64,000 nucleotides of DNA from Eukaryota sp. TZLM1-RC. Its lineage: Eukaryota > Protista > Metamonada: BaSk clade. The position numbers and the translations under genes are program-made. Of this stretch, positions 1 to 12,050 are shown piece after piece; position 1 is the stretch's first letter, and each line of letters starts with the position of its first letter. The stretch lies in assembly GCA_040285825.1 (NCBI GenBank), contig JAUPSS010000004.1, forward strand, positions 2,150,550 through 2,214,549, written 5' to 3'. The notes below the pieces were generated by a model, which was not told the origin of the DNA, searched no databases, and saw nothing but the letters and a program-made list of their open reading frames with translations.

Positions 1-2305
1 CTGCCTCCCAATCAACAATTTATTAATTACAATTAATTATTGGAGATTCAGAAAATATACCAAAAGAAGAGTGTGAATCAGAAATTAATTTCACCATTCT
101 CTTGAAAATAGAAAATACAATTCTGTTGTGGCAGTAAATACGATTGAAAATTTTTCCAGTTCTTTCCTTTACAACTAAATCAAAATTTTGAGGGAAGCCA
201 TAGCAGCCTTACCTAAAGATCCAAGCAAGGAAAAAACAAAGGGACATAAATTATATTGGACATGAGAATTTCCATTGACAGAAGAAATAGATTTCGCATA
301 TTTAGCAATTTTGTGTTGTTCGCCAGCAAGAAGAGAATTTTTGACATCTGAGTTAATGAAATGTTCGCAATGAAATGAATTACAAGGGTCTATGGACATG
401 GCATCTAAAATAGTAAAACTAACATTTAAGACAGGAACAACCAAATTACCTCTTGTTAGATCCATAGAAGCTCTGTTGTAGCACGCATCATCAATATTGG
501 GGTCATCCAGAATTATTTTTGATGGCAAGGGCTCTGAAAAGGAAGCTACTCGATATGATTTGCACATTACATAAATTTGGTTCCTGAAATTATGATGCAC
601 TTGACCTCTAAATGTAATGAAGTGTTTACAGTTCAAAAAATGAGTAAACAAAACAGGTTTACCCCATTTCCATGTTAAGTGGTTCGGCATATTGTTTGGC
701 CATAGAAAACAACGAAGACGTATGTTTAAAAGCCATTCATTGTTTATCAAAAAAAGTCCATAAACAGAGGGAACTTGAGTTACTAAAGCAGCAGCTGAAC
801 TATCACGAATATCCTTTAAAAAATTACCGAAAGCGGGATTTTCAGTTTAATCCCTAACCAAGTCTTACTTCATCATCTCAGCTTTCATATAATTTAACCA
901 GATGGTGCTGAAGCTTTTTCAGGCAAAAGCGCAAATTTGGGAGTGATCAGTTGGGAATTTCTTGAACATTCCGAGGAAAACACTGAATCCAGATAACCCT
1001 GAGCAGATAATCTAATTCAAATTGAAGTTGATTCAAATATAAATTTGACTCACCATGGTTCAGCTGAACATCATAAGGAAACTTTTGAAAAAATTCAAAA
1101 ATAAAATTTTTTCCACCTTCTAAAAAAGCTGCTTTACATAAAATCGAAGATTTGATGAAACCGATTCCACCCAATTCAGCAGAACAAAAAACATGTCTTC
1201 GAATTAAAGATTCATGTACCTCCAATAAAAAAGAACAAATTTGACCCGAAGATTGTTGAAAGATCTACAAAAAATTAAGAGAAACTGAAGAAGGAGTTTA
1301 CCTCAAAATATTAGTGAATTTTCCAGAATAGCAAATTTTTAAAATAAAAAATTTGATGAGTTTTTGAATAACACATTGAGCAATAAAACTAAAATCTTTG
1401 TCAAAATTCTCCAATAAATTGTTCAACTGGGAATAAATTTCATCCGAATTACCTAACCAACATCCAAGGAACTTGAATGCTTGTTTTTTCATAATTAATG
1501 AAGGGAGTTTGAACATCATCAATCAATAAAGATTGTTTTGTTCTTCCAATCAAGAGACATTTAGGTGGATTCAACGCTAATCCGTTTCCTTTATATTTCG
1601 GGCAGTGCCTTCCGTAACCCTACAAATGCTTTCAAAAGAACCGATGATAGAAATTTCATCCATATAAGCAACAATGCGCAATTCAGGGAATTCTTTGTGG
1701 GAGATTTCAATAATATTATAGATAGCCAAACAAAATAGCAATGTACTAAGAGGGTCACCTTGTTTCACACCAGCAGATAATTCAGAGGTAAAGGTGTCAA
1801 AAAAATAAATCGGACTTCCTTCCATAAAATAAATCAAAAAACGCAGACAATTCAGGAAATCTTGATGAGGCACATCATAAACACAGTTACGTTTTAATGA
1901 ATTAATAACATGTTTAATATCGAAATAGAAAATATGTTGAGGTTGTTGACATTGAAAAAAACCTCTGAAATCTTTGAAGCAACAGAAGCACCTTCACTAA
2001 TTTCAATACCACATAAGAATGGCATTAAATAATTCCTCGCTTTAGTAGAAATTCTGTTAAAAATAGAAGAAGCAATCTGGTGAAAGACTCTCCAATAGCA
2101 ATAAGTCTAAATCCATCTGTTTGTTACTTTTTCCGCTTTCACCGAAAGCAATTAAACGGGCAGCAATCAATTCAGGCGGAGAAACATAATTCAAACACAT
2201 TAAATTTTGAACATAATTGGCAAGAACCTCGGAAATTTGGAGAGTTCTTACAAAACTGATTGTCACAGTTCAAATGCAATGCTTGAAGGACCAGCAGCCT
2301 TTCAT
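1..2305 (-). mobile_element. Decayed CRE-like RLE non-LTR retrotransposon, family A
   Basis: Broken ORFs carry GVKQGDPL and AYMDE (RT), HFLNCKHF (Zn knuckle remnant) and RGNLVVP...TILDAMSIDP (RLE). Colinear with 17820-20350. Confidence 0.9.
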
Positions 2306-2319
2306 TTTTTTTATTTTTT

Positions 2320-3330
2320 CTTTATTTTTCCATTTTTTCCATACACATATTATTATTTTTTACACGTATATTTTTATTTTAAAATTTTTCACTATTTTTT
2401 TGCTTCATTCGATTAATTTAAGCAACATATGATTGACTTATATACTAAATTGTTTCCTTTGGAGCGAGACTTCCTGATACTGATACCAGTTTGGTATCAT
2501 ATTCGTTAGGGTCTATTCCAGCAATGATTTTACCTTTTTAGGAATTCAGTTCATTCTCACAAAAGTCACGAATTTTTAATTCATCCCTTTCTTTTTGTTT
2601 GTTCTTACATAAAATTTTTCAGATCATTGCGCTTGTTTTGAACAGAAACTCCAAATCTATCTGTCAGAATACTGTCGTTGAAAAAGCAACCATGAGTATT
2701 TTTGGTCAAGGTACTATGCTGCATGTTGAGTACCCTTTTCCAAGTTTCAAGATATTTTTTCATCAACGTCAATCATTTGATCACCACTTTCTTGAGTTTC
2801 ATAACACTCTCTAATGGGAAGTACGGTGGATTCACCAGACAGTTTTCTTGATTGATTAATACCAATTTGCATACTTCTGGTTGCAACTCGCATATACGCT
2901 ATTCTGATAGAAATAAGGTTGTAAATGAATAAATGATTAGGTTTTTTCCTTCAGCGTTTTTAATCAATTCTTCAGAAATACGACTGACTTTCGCCATTAG
3001 TATAAAAGATCTTTTAAGATATTTTTCCCTATTTACCCGTTTATCATGAAATATATTAAACAAATAAGGCTTTCCTTTCTTTGACTTGCAATTTGGGGTA
3101 GTCAACTAAAAAATCCAATTTTTCAAGTATTGATTGACATTTTTGCATTCTGTCGTAGGGAAAATGTTTTCATCAAGTTTTTCTTCATAGATGAACAATG
3201 AATTTATTGATTTGTACCTCGCCATCAATTGATGCTTAAATAGGTGTGTGGTCTGGTCTAAAAGTACACTCTTGAATTTTCCAAAGGTGATTCACTGCAA
3301 TTTATCGTTAGCGTCTTTAGTTTGTTCACA
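2320..3330 (-). pseudogene. Degenerate Fanzor/TnpB-like gene, family D
   Basis: Manual minus-strand translation gives FHDKRVNREKYL, VLPIR, TWKRVLN...FFNDSILTDRFGVSV (compare family C FNFSIRTDGVSCS) and KIIAGIDPN (RuvC-I), with several stops and frameshifts. Confidence 0.65.
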
Positions 3331-3404
3331 GTTTCTTGATCATGTATTTTAGTCTCTGATGGAAATTGATAAAAACTCTGAAATGAATCCTCATCAGAGG
3401 TTTG

Positions 3405-3760
3405 TTAATCCAAAAGTAATGAGATCCATTGAGGTTGAACTGCGTTTTTTCTTGGCTTTTTTTCGCTCAATAAGTTTATGCTCACCTTGTTGATCAGCAA
3501 ACAGGAAGCAAAATCAGATAAACTATTCTCAGCACCACATAGATAGAAATTGTTACATAATTGAAGAGTATCAATAACTCTAAAATTATATACATCTTCA
3601 ATAAATGAAATCAAAATGTCATTGAATGGTCCAGATAAATATTCCTTTTGGGATAAATCCTTGCCATAAATGATAGAGCGACATTTCATAAAGGGCAAAT
3701 CAAATTGTTTGATGTTATGTCCAGCCAAATAGTCTAATTAATAATTATTTAAGCAATTAT
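3405..3760 (-). pseudogene. Family-B DNA polymerase 3'-5' exonuclease fragment
   Basis: LAGHNIKQFDLPFMKCRS (ExoII motif), followed by VIDTL and NSLSDFASCLL. No polymerase domain follows. Confidence 0.7.
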
Positions 3761-4602
3761 CATTATTGCTAAAGCGGAATCATTAGGTCCAGAAATGCCA
3801 ATACTATTTAGTAAAATACAATATTGTTCAGTATTATGCGGTTTCCGACAGTGACATAAACAGAAACTTAAAAACCTTTACTTTATGCTCATCAATTAAC
3901 TGATCTAAAAAATCTCTTCCAGATAATCACCTGTTTGTGACACGATATCTTTAAGGACTGTTTTCAAGTAGATTTCTGAGTTGCCGGTTGATGCCACAAA
4001 CAAAATTCAAAGGTCTGTGAGACAAGAAAAAAGAACTTCATCTATTCAGTATTACTGGAGCCGTGTTCGAATTGTTCCTGCATTTCCTGAAATCAGAAAC
4101 TTATTTTTAAATTTACAATTCAGAAACCGGATAATACATTTCATAACAGCAATATATGAAACAGAGTATCAATAACGTTTGGAAGTTTTCAGCAGATATC
4201 GAGTCTAACTGTAACAGGAGGACATCAAAAAACGAAATTATTCCTCCGTCACCCTGATATTGGGGATATACAGCTACTGTATCAGGATTGTTACGAATGT
4301 TGATTCCCTCTACATTAATTGCTGCATGAACGTTGGAAAAAATGATTGGTTGGGTAAAGAAGGACGAGTGATGAATGGAGAATCATCTTCTGGAATCTCC
4401 ATAACCTCCGCATCCTGCATGGACAATAATTCAAGGCCCAGGGAGGAGAATGAAGAATGACCTATGGAAGAACATTAACAGTACATAAAAAATACTGGTG
4501 GGGAATTTGTCCACTTCAATAGACGTTGACTTCTGTTGACGTGACCAATTTCCAAAAGTGGATTCGCCATTTTGTGCATCAAACATACTTTCAATACTCT
4601 GT

Positions 4603-7600
4603 ATGTCGCTGTACTTCTTTGTGAATGGTCAAGAACGTGAACTAACTTCCTTTGAACCTGCCCAATCTTTCTCTTCTTGGCTCCAGAACAAAGGCTATCA
4701 GGGAGTCAAAACTGCTTGTAATGTAGGTGGATGTGGATCGTGTACTGTTCTTCAATCCTATTTTGATTTAACTCTCAAAAAGGTCGTCCACCGTCCTGTT
4801 TTAGCCTGTTTGCTTCCTCTCGCAGCAGCACATGGTACTCATATCACTACAGTGGAAGGTGTTGGAACCGCGGATGACCTTCATCCTATACAAGAACGCA
4901 TAGTCGAGATGTCTGCTACTCAGTGTGGCTTCTGTACCCCTGGTATTGTCATGCACATTTACGCTTTCCTGCTCAACAACCCATCCCCCACCTCACGGGA
5001 TATTGAGGATTCCTTCTCCACTGCTCCTAATCTTTGTCGATGTACAGGATACAGACCTATTCTTGAAGCAGCCAAGAGCTTTGCTGTTGATTCCTCGTCA
5101 AACTGCTCCTCTTGTAACTTCTCCCTTTCTTTCCCTCCGTCGCTAGTCTCTTTTGATCGATACTTATCATACTCATCACCTACATGCAAATGGTTCGCCC
5201 CTTCCTCCCTTCATGAACTTCTCTCTCTCAAGTCCACGTATACCAAAGCCAAGCTGGTTGGTGGGAACTCTGAACTGGGGGTACAACGTAATGTGAACAA
5301 TCACGAACCAGAAGTCCTTATCTACACTAATAATATTCAAGATCTCGCCACACTTTCCCTTTCTGGAAGGTCTATTTATATTGGAGGCGGAATCACCATT
5401 TCATCAATGGTTGATGGTCTGGAAGCTTTGAATCTACCCCCATCAAAATTCCAATCATCACGTGCTTTGATTGATCAAACTGCCCACTTTGCTTCTGGAC
5501 ACATCAAATCAATTGCTACTGTTGCTGGTAATGTGGTCACTGCTTCACCTGTCAGTGATTTGCTTCCTGTTTTTATTGCCACAAACTCCGTATTTGTAAT
5601 TTCTAAACTGGAAGGTGACGTTATCAAGTCAAGGAAAGTCAAGGCAACTGATTGGGTGATTGGTTATAGACAGGTTGATTTGAATGATGATGAAATTCTA
5701 GTGGGTATTGAAATGCCTCTAGGTGTTCCGAACGAGTTTATTAAGTCATTTAAGGTTAGTAAAAGAAAAGAAGATGATATTGCTGTTGTCAATGGTTGTA
5801 TTAGGTTCAAATTGACCCCTTCCTCCAATCAATCGTTTTTGATTGAAGATTCTTCAATTGTTTTTGGAGGAATGGCACCTACTACCAAGATTTGCAATGT
5901 CACCCAAGAATTATTACAGCACAAACCTTTTGCTTCTGAAACTCTACCTGCCATCCTTGAATCATTAGCTAAAGAACTTAAGCTTTCCCCTAATGCACCT
6001 GGGGGTATGGTAAGGTTTAGAATGGTAACATGTGGTACATTTTTTAGTGAATTTTGGAATGAGGTTGAGAGCAAAATGCTTAAAAACTCCAGTAGAAATG
6101 GTAAGTCTCACACCACACGGCCTTTATTTAGTTCCAAACAAGAATTCACTGAAAAATCTTCAATTGTCGGCTCTAATAGGGTTTCAAAGTCCAGTGTTTC
6201 TCATGTTACCGGAAATACCACCTATTCAATAGATTTAAAAGGGCCAGATTCTACTCTATTTGCAGCCATTGTTCCTTCTCCAACGGCAAGTGGTCGTTTG
6301 ACTTCAATTGACTATACCAAAGCACTCCAAATGCCAGGTGTCACGCACGTGATTACTGCAAAGGATTTAAAGTTTGCCAAAAAGTTTGGGCCTATTCTTC
6401 AAGATGAAGATATTTTGGCTGTTGAACATGTTGTTTACCAAGGTCAACCGGTCGCCTTGATTCTCGCTGAATCACGTGATGAAGCTTACAAGGCAGTCAA
6501 AAACGTTGTCGTCACAGTCGAACCTACATCTCCCATTCTCACAATTGAGGACGCTATTACCAATAATAAATATCTTACTGAGGAAAAAGTTCTTGAGCAA
6601 GGTGATTTAAATGAAATGAAAAAGCTTGCTGATGTTGTTGTTTCTGGAGAAATTAAACTAAAGGAGCAAGAACATTTCTATTTTGAAACCCAAAACTCCT
6701 TGATTATTCCTGATCAAGAGTTTATAGTCCACGCCTCCACCCAAAACCCAACAGAAACTCAACATGCTGTTGCACATGCCCTGGGAGTTCCTTTCAATAG
6801 GGTTGTGGTCAAGGTAAGGCAGTTAGGTGGAGGGTTTGGAGGGAAAGAGGTTGCTTTGTTGGTTCCTTCACTTAATGCTGTTGCTGTCCAAGTAGCTAAA
6901 CGTCCAGTTAAGATGGTACTATCTCGACAAGAAGATATGGTTATTTCGGGGAAACAACATCCGATGCTAATCAAATACGAAGCTGGGTTCTCTAACAAAG
7001 GAGAGTTTTTATTTAGAGATATCTATATTTATACAAACGGTGGGTGCTCGTTAGATCTTTCTCCTGCCATTCTGGAACGAACTCTGTTCCACTCTGATGG
7101 TGTTTACAAGGCTAGAGCTTCTAGAATACGTGGTAAGGTTTGCTTCACCAACAAACCTTCCTTCACGGCACTAAGAGGGTTTGGGGCTCCTAATGGGTTA
7201 CTTGTAGCAGAGGAAATCATGTCTAGGGCTGCTATTAAACTAGGTTTCACAGACGAAGAACTCAAAGAATTAAACTTTTACCAAGAAGGTGATGTTACTC
7301 ATTTCAATATGCCACTTGAATACTGCAACATCATTCCCTCCTGGAACCAATGCAAACAGAGTTGTGAATTCGAACGAAGATCCAAAGCAATCGAGTTATT
7401 CAATGCATCTGATCCCATCATTAAAAGAGGAATCTCAATGCAGGCTGTGAAGTTTGGCATTTCTTTCACCAAAACTTTTATGAATAAGGCAGCAGCTCTT
7501 GTCCATTGCTACACAGACGGTTCAGTCTACATCTCTCATGGTGGAGTTGAAATGGGTAATGCTATTCACACAAAGATTGCGCAAATTGCGGCTCAAACTC

Positions 7601-8424
7601 TGGGTGTATCCATTGACGATATCCATGTCTCAGAAACCAGCACTGATAAGACAGCTAATACGTCGCCTACCGCTGCTTCCACGGGATCTGATCTTAATGG
7701 TAAAGCAGTTGAAGATGCTTGTTTGCAGATTTTGAAGAATTTGGAACCTTTAAAAGAAAAGTTTCCCAAAGATGATTTTAAACAACTTTGTAGTAAGGCG
7801 TTCTTTGAGAGAATCTGCACTTCTGCTGTTGGGTATTACAAAACCCCAATCAAAGGTTGGGACTTTGAGAAATCGACAGGAGAACCTTTTTACTACTACA
7901 CATATGGCTCAGCTTGTGTTGAATCTGAGGTTAATACTAAAACAGGAGAGGTATCTGTCGTTAGAGCTGATATTGTTATGGATGTTGGTGATTCTCTAGC
8001 CCCCAACCTGGATATTGGTCAAATAGAAGGCGCTTTTGTGCAGGGATTGGGATGGATGACGATGGAGGAAGTCGTGAGAAATCCAACCGGAAAAGTTTTG
8101 AATTCAGGACCAGAAGGGTACAAGATTCCAGCATTTGCCGACATCCCAAATGATTTCAGGGTGACTTTAATGAACAGTGTGCCAAATCCAAAAGCTGTGG
8201 GTTTTTCTAAAGGAGTTGGTGAGCCTCCGCTTTCGCTTTGTGGTTCAGTATATATGTCCATTAAGAATGCCATAAACTCATACAGGAAAACTAAAGATCT
8301 CTCGCCAGTTTCTTCATTTAGTTTCCCTGCTTCGGTGGAGAGAGTTCGATTAGCTTGTCCTGATGAGGTCTCTAGAGTCATGACTTCTGTATTGGAAAAA
8401 GGCGAAGAAAAGGAGGATTGGTAG
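4603..8424 (+). CDS. XDH: Xanthine dehydrogenase/oxidase (2Fe-2S, FAD, Moco)
   Basis: CNVGGCGSC, QCGFCTPG, CRCTGYRPI, GGGFGGKE, ERTLFH, RGFG and VGEPP. First ATG at 4603 (MSLYFFVNG). Confidence 0.96.
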   Translation: MSLYFFVNGQERELTSFEPAQSFSSWLQNKGYQGVKTACNVGGCGSCTVLQSYFDLTLKKVVHRPVLACLLPLAAAHGTHITTVEGVGTADDLHPIQERIVEMSATQCGFCTPGIVMHIYAFLLNNPSPTSRDIEDSFSTAPNLCRCTGYRPILEAAKSFAVDSSSNCSSCNFSLSFPPSLVSFDRYLSYSSPTCKWFAPSSLHELLSLKSTYTKAKLVGGNSELGVQRNVNNHEPEVLIYTNNIQDLATLSLSGRSIYIGGGITISSMVDGLEALNLPPSKFQSSRALIDQTAHFASGHIKSIATVAGNVVTASPVSDLLPVFIATNSVFVISKLEGDVIKSRKVKATDWVIGYRQVDLNDDEILVGIEMPLGVPNEFIKSFKVSKRKEDDIAVVNGCIRFKLTPSSNQSFLIEDSSIVFGGMAPTTKICNVTQELLQHKPFASETLPAILESLAKELKLSPNAPGGMVRFRMVTCGTFFSEFWNEVESKMLKNSSRNGKSHTTRPLFSSKQEFTEKSSIVGSNRVSKSSVSHVTGNTTYSIDLKGPDSTLFAAIVPSPTASGRLTSIDYTKALQMPGVTHVITAKDLKFAKKFGPILQDEDILAVEHVVYQGQPVALILAESRDEAYKAVKNVVVTVEPTSPILTIEDAITNNKYLTEEKVLEQGDLNEMKKLADVVVSGEIKLKEQEHFYFETQNSLIIPDQEFIVHASTQNPTETQHAVAHALGVPFNRVVVKVRQLGGGFGGKEVALLVPSLNAVAVQVAKRPVKMVLSRQEDMVISGKQHPMLIKYEAGFSNKGEFLFRDIYIYTNGGCSLDLSPAILERTLFHSDGVYKARASRIRGKVCFTNKPSFTALRGFGAPNGLLVAEEIMSRAAIKLGFTDEELKELNFYQEGDVTHFNMPLEYCNIIPSWNQCKQSCEFERRSKAIELFNASDPIIKRGISMQAVKFGISFTKTFMNKAAALVHCYTDGSVYISHGGVEMGNAIHTKIAQIAAQTLGVSIDDIHVSETSTDKTANTSPTAASTGSDLNGKAVEDACLQILKNLEPLKEKFPKDDFKQLCSKAFFERICTSAVGYYKTPIKGWDFEKSTGEPFYYYTYGSACVESEVNTKTGEVSVVRADIVMDVGDSLAPNLDIGQIEGAFVQGLGWMTMEEVVRNPTGKVLNSGPEGYKIPAFADIPNDFRVTLMNSVPNPKAVGFSKGVGEPPLSLCGSVYMSIKNAINSYRKTKDLSPVSSFSFPASVERVRLACPDEVSRVMTSVLEKGEEKEDW

Positions 8425-9589
8425 TACATGAGAAGTTTTTAAGGTCTATAAATTTTTTTGTAAATGTAATTCACTTTAATGGAAAAAAGATGTACATAAA
8501 TTGTGAATAAAAATGATTAAATTTAATAAAGCCGGAACTACTAGTTTAACACCAGATCAGTTTCTTTTTTAATTGAACAATGATATGAAACACAACGGCA
8601 TTTTAAGAATAAATTTATGACAAATGTTCGATTGTAATTTCTACCCAGCAGTATTGTACCGATTTTTTGTGGCTTTTAATTCAAATGATCTCAACAATTA
8701 ATTGTCACAATATTAAATTCCAATATGGTAACTTAATAAGTTGACAAATCCTAGTAATTTCCCACGAATACAATCAGTCAATTTTGTACATACTTTTCTA
8801 AAGAGATTTATAAGAATCAAGTTTAAGAGAATGAAGAAATAGCCAAATTTTTCCACAGTCGAACGAAACAGTGGATCTTGGATTCATTAGAACAATTCTC
8901 CATAGATAATGTCTCTTAAAGGTGAAAACTTTTTATGAGAATCACAATCCGTGCCAGTAACTGTTTTAACTAGATTGGATTGGAATTTATTTGGAATTTC
9001 ACAAACACAAATCAGTTAAAGTAATGTTTTTCCACTATATCTTGATCTTTGGCTCCCCAATTCTTTTCTCTTTCGCACAAATCAACAACAGCTTTCTCAG
9101 ATTCTCAATCATTGCCAGAAATCATCTAATCTAAGTGACAGCAACATTTAAGAATCTGAAGGTAGGAAATTTTAATTTATAACTGTGTTAGTTTTTAAAT
9201 AACCAAAATATAGACACATTCATTTAAATTCGCCGGCCCTTGTATAGGTCATCACTAGTGAAGTCTATGTTATTACAAATGTATTAGACAAATTGTCGAC
9301 GTTACAGAAGCCAGGGACTTCGGAGAGTGATAAATTGGTTATGACGGAGTGTTGGTTATATAGATCTGTTGTTCAAGAAACAGTAATGATTTTGAACCAA
9401 TGAAGTATGTTTTTCAACGTTAATAAACAATCCTTTTTTTCCCTATATTTGTAAGTAATCTGGTTCAGTTTTTCAAAAAACTTTTTCCAAAATGATAAAT
9501 TATAAAAAGCATTGGAAAATGATTTTTGGGTTTATTGTTTTTATTTTGATTGAAATAAAAACTCTTTTGTGCATATTTCTATTATTTCA

Positions 9590-9846
9590 TACTGTGAAAT
9601 TCACTCCTGTTTTCAACTTCCTCAATGTCTACTCACAGACTGTAAGGGACATGTAGTATCATTTGACAAAGACAATCATAATCTTCATCAATGGGCTACC
9701 TCACTTAAATACACCTACTGCTTTCACAGAACATAGCCTCGCGACTTGATGTATCTAAGTGGATCTACCAAATGCTACTAAGGCATTTGTAGATCGCTCT
9801 CAAAAGTTTTTCAAAAAAATCAAAAATAAAATAAAAAACTCAAATA
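9590..9846 (-). ncRNA. Solo copy of the family-A Fanzor 3' structured tail (candidate omegaRNA locus without ORF)
   Basis: Reverse complement of the tails at about 14260-14511 and 54554-54768. Ends in GTGAATTTCACAG followed by TA. No Fanzor ORF is adjacent. Confidence 0.65.
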
Positions 9847-10040
9847 TTGAAATAGTCTTGTGAATAGATAATTTTAAATTTATATTTGTTGCAGAAAAAA
9901 TTACTAAAGTTAGTAATTGAATGACGTTAATTGAAAATTATTATTTGTCTCTGAAAAGGATCACAGAGAGTAAAGTATTGAACAAAAGTTTTCCGGTATC
10001 TTTTAGCCTATAAAATAAATCTTGTCTTTATTTAATAAAA

Positions 10041-10880
10041 ATGCATGACCATTTCACCAGATTCTCACCCCATTACACCACATCAACCAATGGTTCAAAG
10101 CTCTATGTCATTCCAGGAGACAACAATACTATAGCCGTTGATGATAATCTTGATCCGCTTCATTCAACACCCATACACCATAATTCATGCACACACATAT
10201 TTCTTGGAAATCACAACACCCGTTCTATCTTCCTTATCTCGTCAGACCAACCTTCCTCTCTTCCTTTGCATTTTGAGTCCCTGCGATCACTTCAAGAATC
10301 ACAGTCCACTGAGGTGTCCTCCATTTTGTCTCTTGCAAACTCTTTGCATCATTTCCACGTCTCACATAAATTTTGTGGAATCTGTGGTTCAAGAACTGAG
10401 CTTTCCTCATCAGGATGGTCACGTAAATGTCCTCATCACCCGAAAAACGAAATTTTTCCACGTCAGGACCCCTGTGTCATAACCCTAGTTCGCAACATTA
10501 CTAGTACCCATGTTCTATTAGCAAGAAATTCTAAATGGAAACTACCAAGATACTCAACTATTGCTGGTTTCATTGACATTGGGGAGGTTCCTGAAGATGC
10601 CGTAAGAAGGGAAGTAAAGGAAGAGGTCGGAGTCACCGTTGATGAAATTGAGTACATTTCATCCCAGTTTTGGCCTTTTCCTCGTTCGCTTATGCTTGGC
10701 TTCTTTTGCGTTGGAGATGATGACCAACCTATTGAACTTGTGGATGGAGAAATACAGCATGCAAGATGGTTTAGTAGGGATGAAGTGGAAAGAATGGTAG
10801 ATGCTGGGAAGGAAGAGGATCATGTTCCAGGTGTTGATACAATTGCCGGAACATTGATTAGGAAATGGGTTTTTGGTTGA
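10041..10880 (+). CDS. NudC-like NADH pyrophosphatase (NUDT12/13 family)
   Basis: FCGICG Zn motif, FPRQDP, Nudix box GFIDIGEVPEDAVRREVKEEVG and SQFWPFPRSLM. Confidence 0.93.
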   Translation: MHDHFTRFSPHYTTSTNGSKLYVIPGDNNTIAVDDNLDPLHSTPIHHNSCTHIFLGNHNTRSIFLISSDQPSSLPLHFESLRSLQESQSTEVSSILSLANSLHHFHVSHKFCGICGSRTELSSSGWSRKCPHHPKNEIFPRQDPCVITLVRNITSTHVLLARNSKWKLPRYSTIAGFIDIGEVPEDAVRREVKEEVGVTVDEIEYISSQFWPFPRSLMLGFFCVGDDDQPIELVDGEIQHARWFSRDEVERMVDAGKEEDHVPGVDTIAGTLIRKWVFG

Positions 10881-11688
10881 TATTTGATTTTGAGAATTCA
10901 TTTCTTTTTCATTAAAATAAATTAAATGAATTAATTAATTAATTTATTTTTTCGTATTTATAATATTCAATTTTTCTTGATTTTAAGCTTAAAATAAATT
11001 TTTTATGAAGAACTTTACCCTAAGTTTACTTATCAGCTTAACTGTAAATGTTTATTTCAAAGTTTCTTAAAGTTCTTGTGTGATCTCGAGTAAACTATCA
11101 AAGAATATGCCAGGACAAGATCTTGATCCTTTAAAAAGTCAAGCAAAACAAAATTATTCAATCAGCAGTAACTAAATTTATGTATCATTAATCAGTAAAG
11201 GAACAGCAAGACTCATAGTCGGACAAGATCACTTAGACAAGTTGATACTTCATTTAATTGATTTGTTTATTGAACAATTTGAAATATGAATGAAGTTTGT
11301 TTCTGAGTATTTATTATTGTAATTAATCAATTGGTTAAAAAGTCATTATGTCATTATTTTGTCATGACGTCATCTTTTAACTATGGAAATTCACTAAAAT
11401 TCATCGTTTACCTGATCAAGGAGTATTACCAAACTAAATTTTCACAAGTGATAGACATTTATAATGATGTTTTCAAACTAACTCGAGAGGAAGAAACGCG
11501 AAAACCTTTTTATGGAAGCAATGATAAGATTAGTAATCATTTCAAGGTAGATTAGATTAGCGTTTTTGTGGAAAACCTGTATTCCATTGATTTTAAATTT
11601 GATGTTCTGTATAATAATAATCTGTATAATAAAGTTCAAATAAACAACAAAAAACATCAACTATTTATTTACAAAATAACTTACTTTA

Positions 11689-12050
11689 TTACAGATTGTC
11701 TAAATGAACAGGGCTATCTTCACCAGTATTGAAAAGGGCTTCCAGCCCTCGTTCGTCTAGCTCAATGTTAACATTTTCCTTCGAGATGCCATTAGAAAGC
11801 TTCAAGCCAAGTAAAACGCTAGGGACAGAAGTGTTTTTGTTTGATGAATGACTAACAGTGTTGTTTAACTTCCAATCAGACCTTTCAAGAAACGTTTTCC
11901 TGGTATTATTACCGGATAAGCGAAAAGCAGGAGGTGTGTACATGGACTGCACCGGTTGAGGCGTCGGTGGGAGAGCAGCATAAGTTGCAGTTTGTGGAGG
12001 GCCCGTAGTGGGGTCATGAACTGAGGGAGTAATAGAAAGAAGTTGAAAGA
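11689..12050 (-). pseudogene. COMM-domain (COMMD10-like) 3' gene fragment carried as cargo
   Basis: DWKLNNTVSHSS...PSVLLGLKLSNG...VNIELDERGLEALF...LDNL*. The 5' part of the gene is absent on both sides of the element. Confidence 0.6.

Noticed and set aside
175-2300. Alternative genetic code or programmed frameshifting to explain the broken ORFs
   Set aside because: Host genes end at TAA, TAG and TGA normally, and the lesions differ between copies of the same element, which indicates decay.
4925-8429. Numerous short overlapping or antisense ORFs inside XDH and other long genes
   Set aside because: Shadow frames of real coding sequence.
8600-9200. Possible decayed hAT transposase on the minus strand
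   Set aside because: Only vague motifs (DDFW, YF) among many stops.
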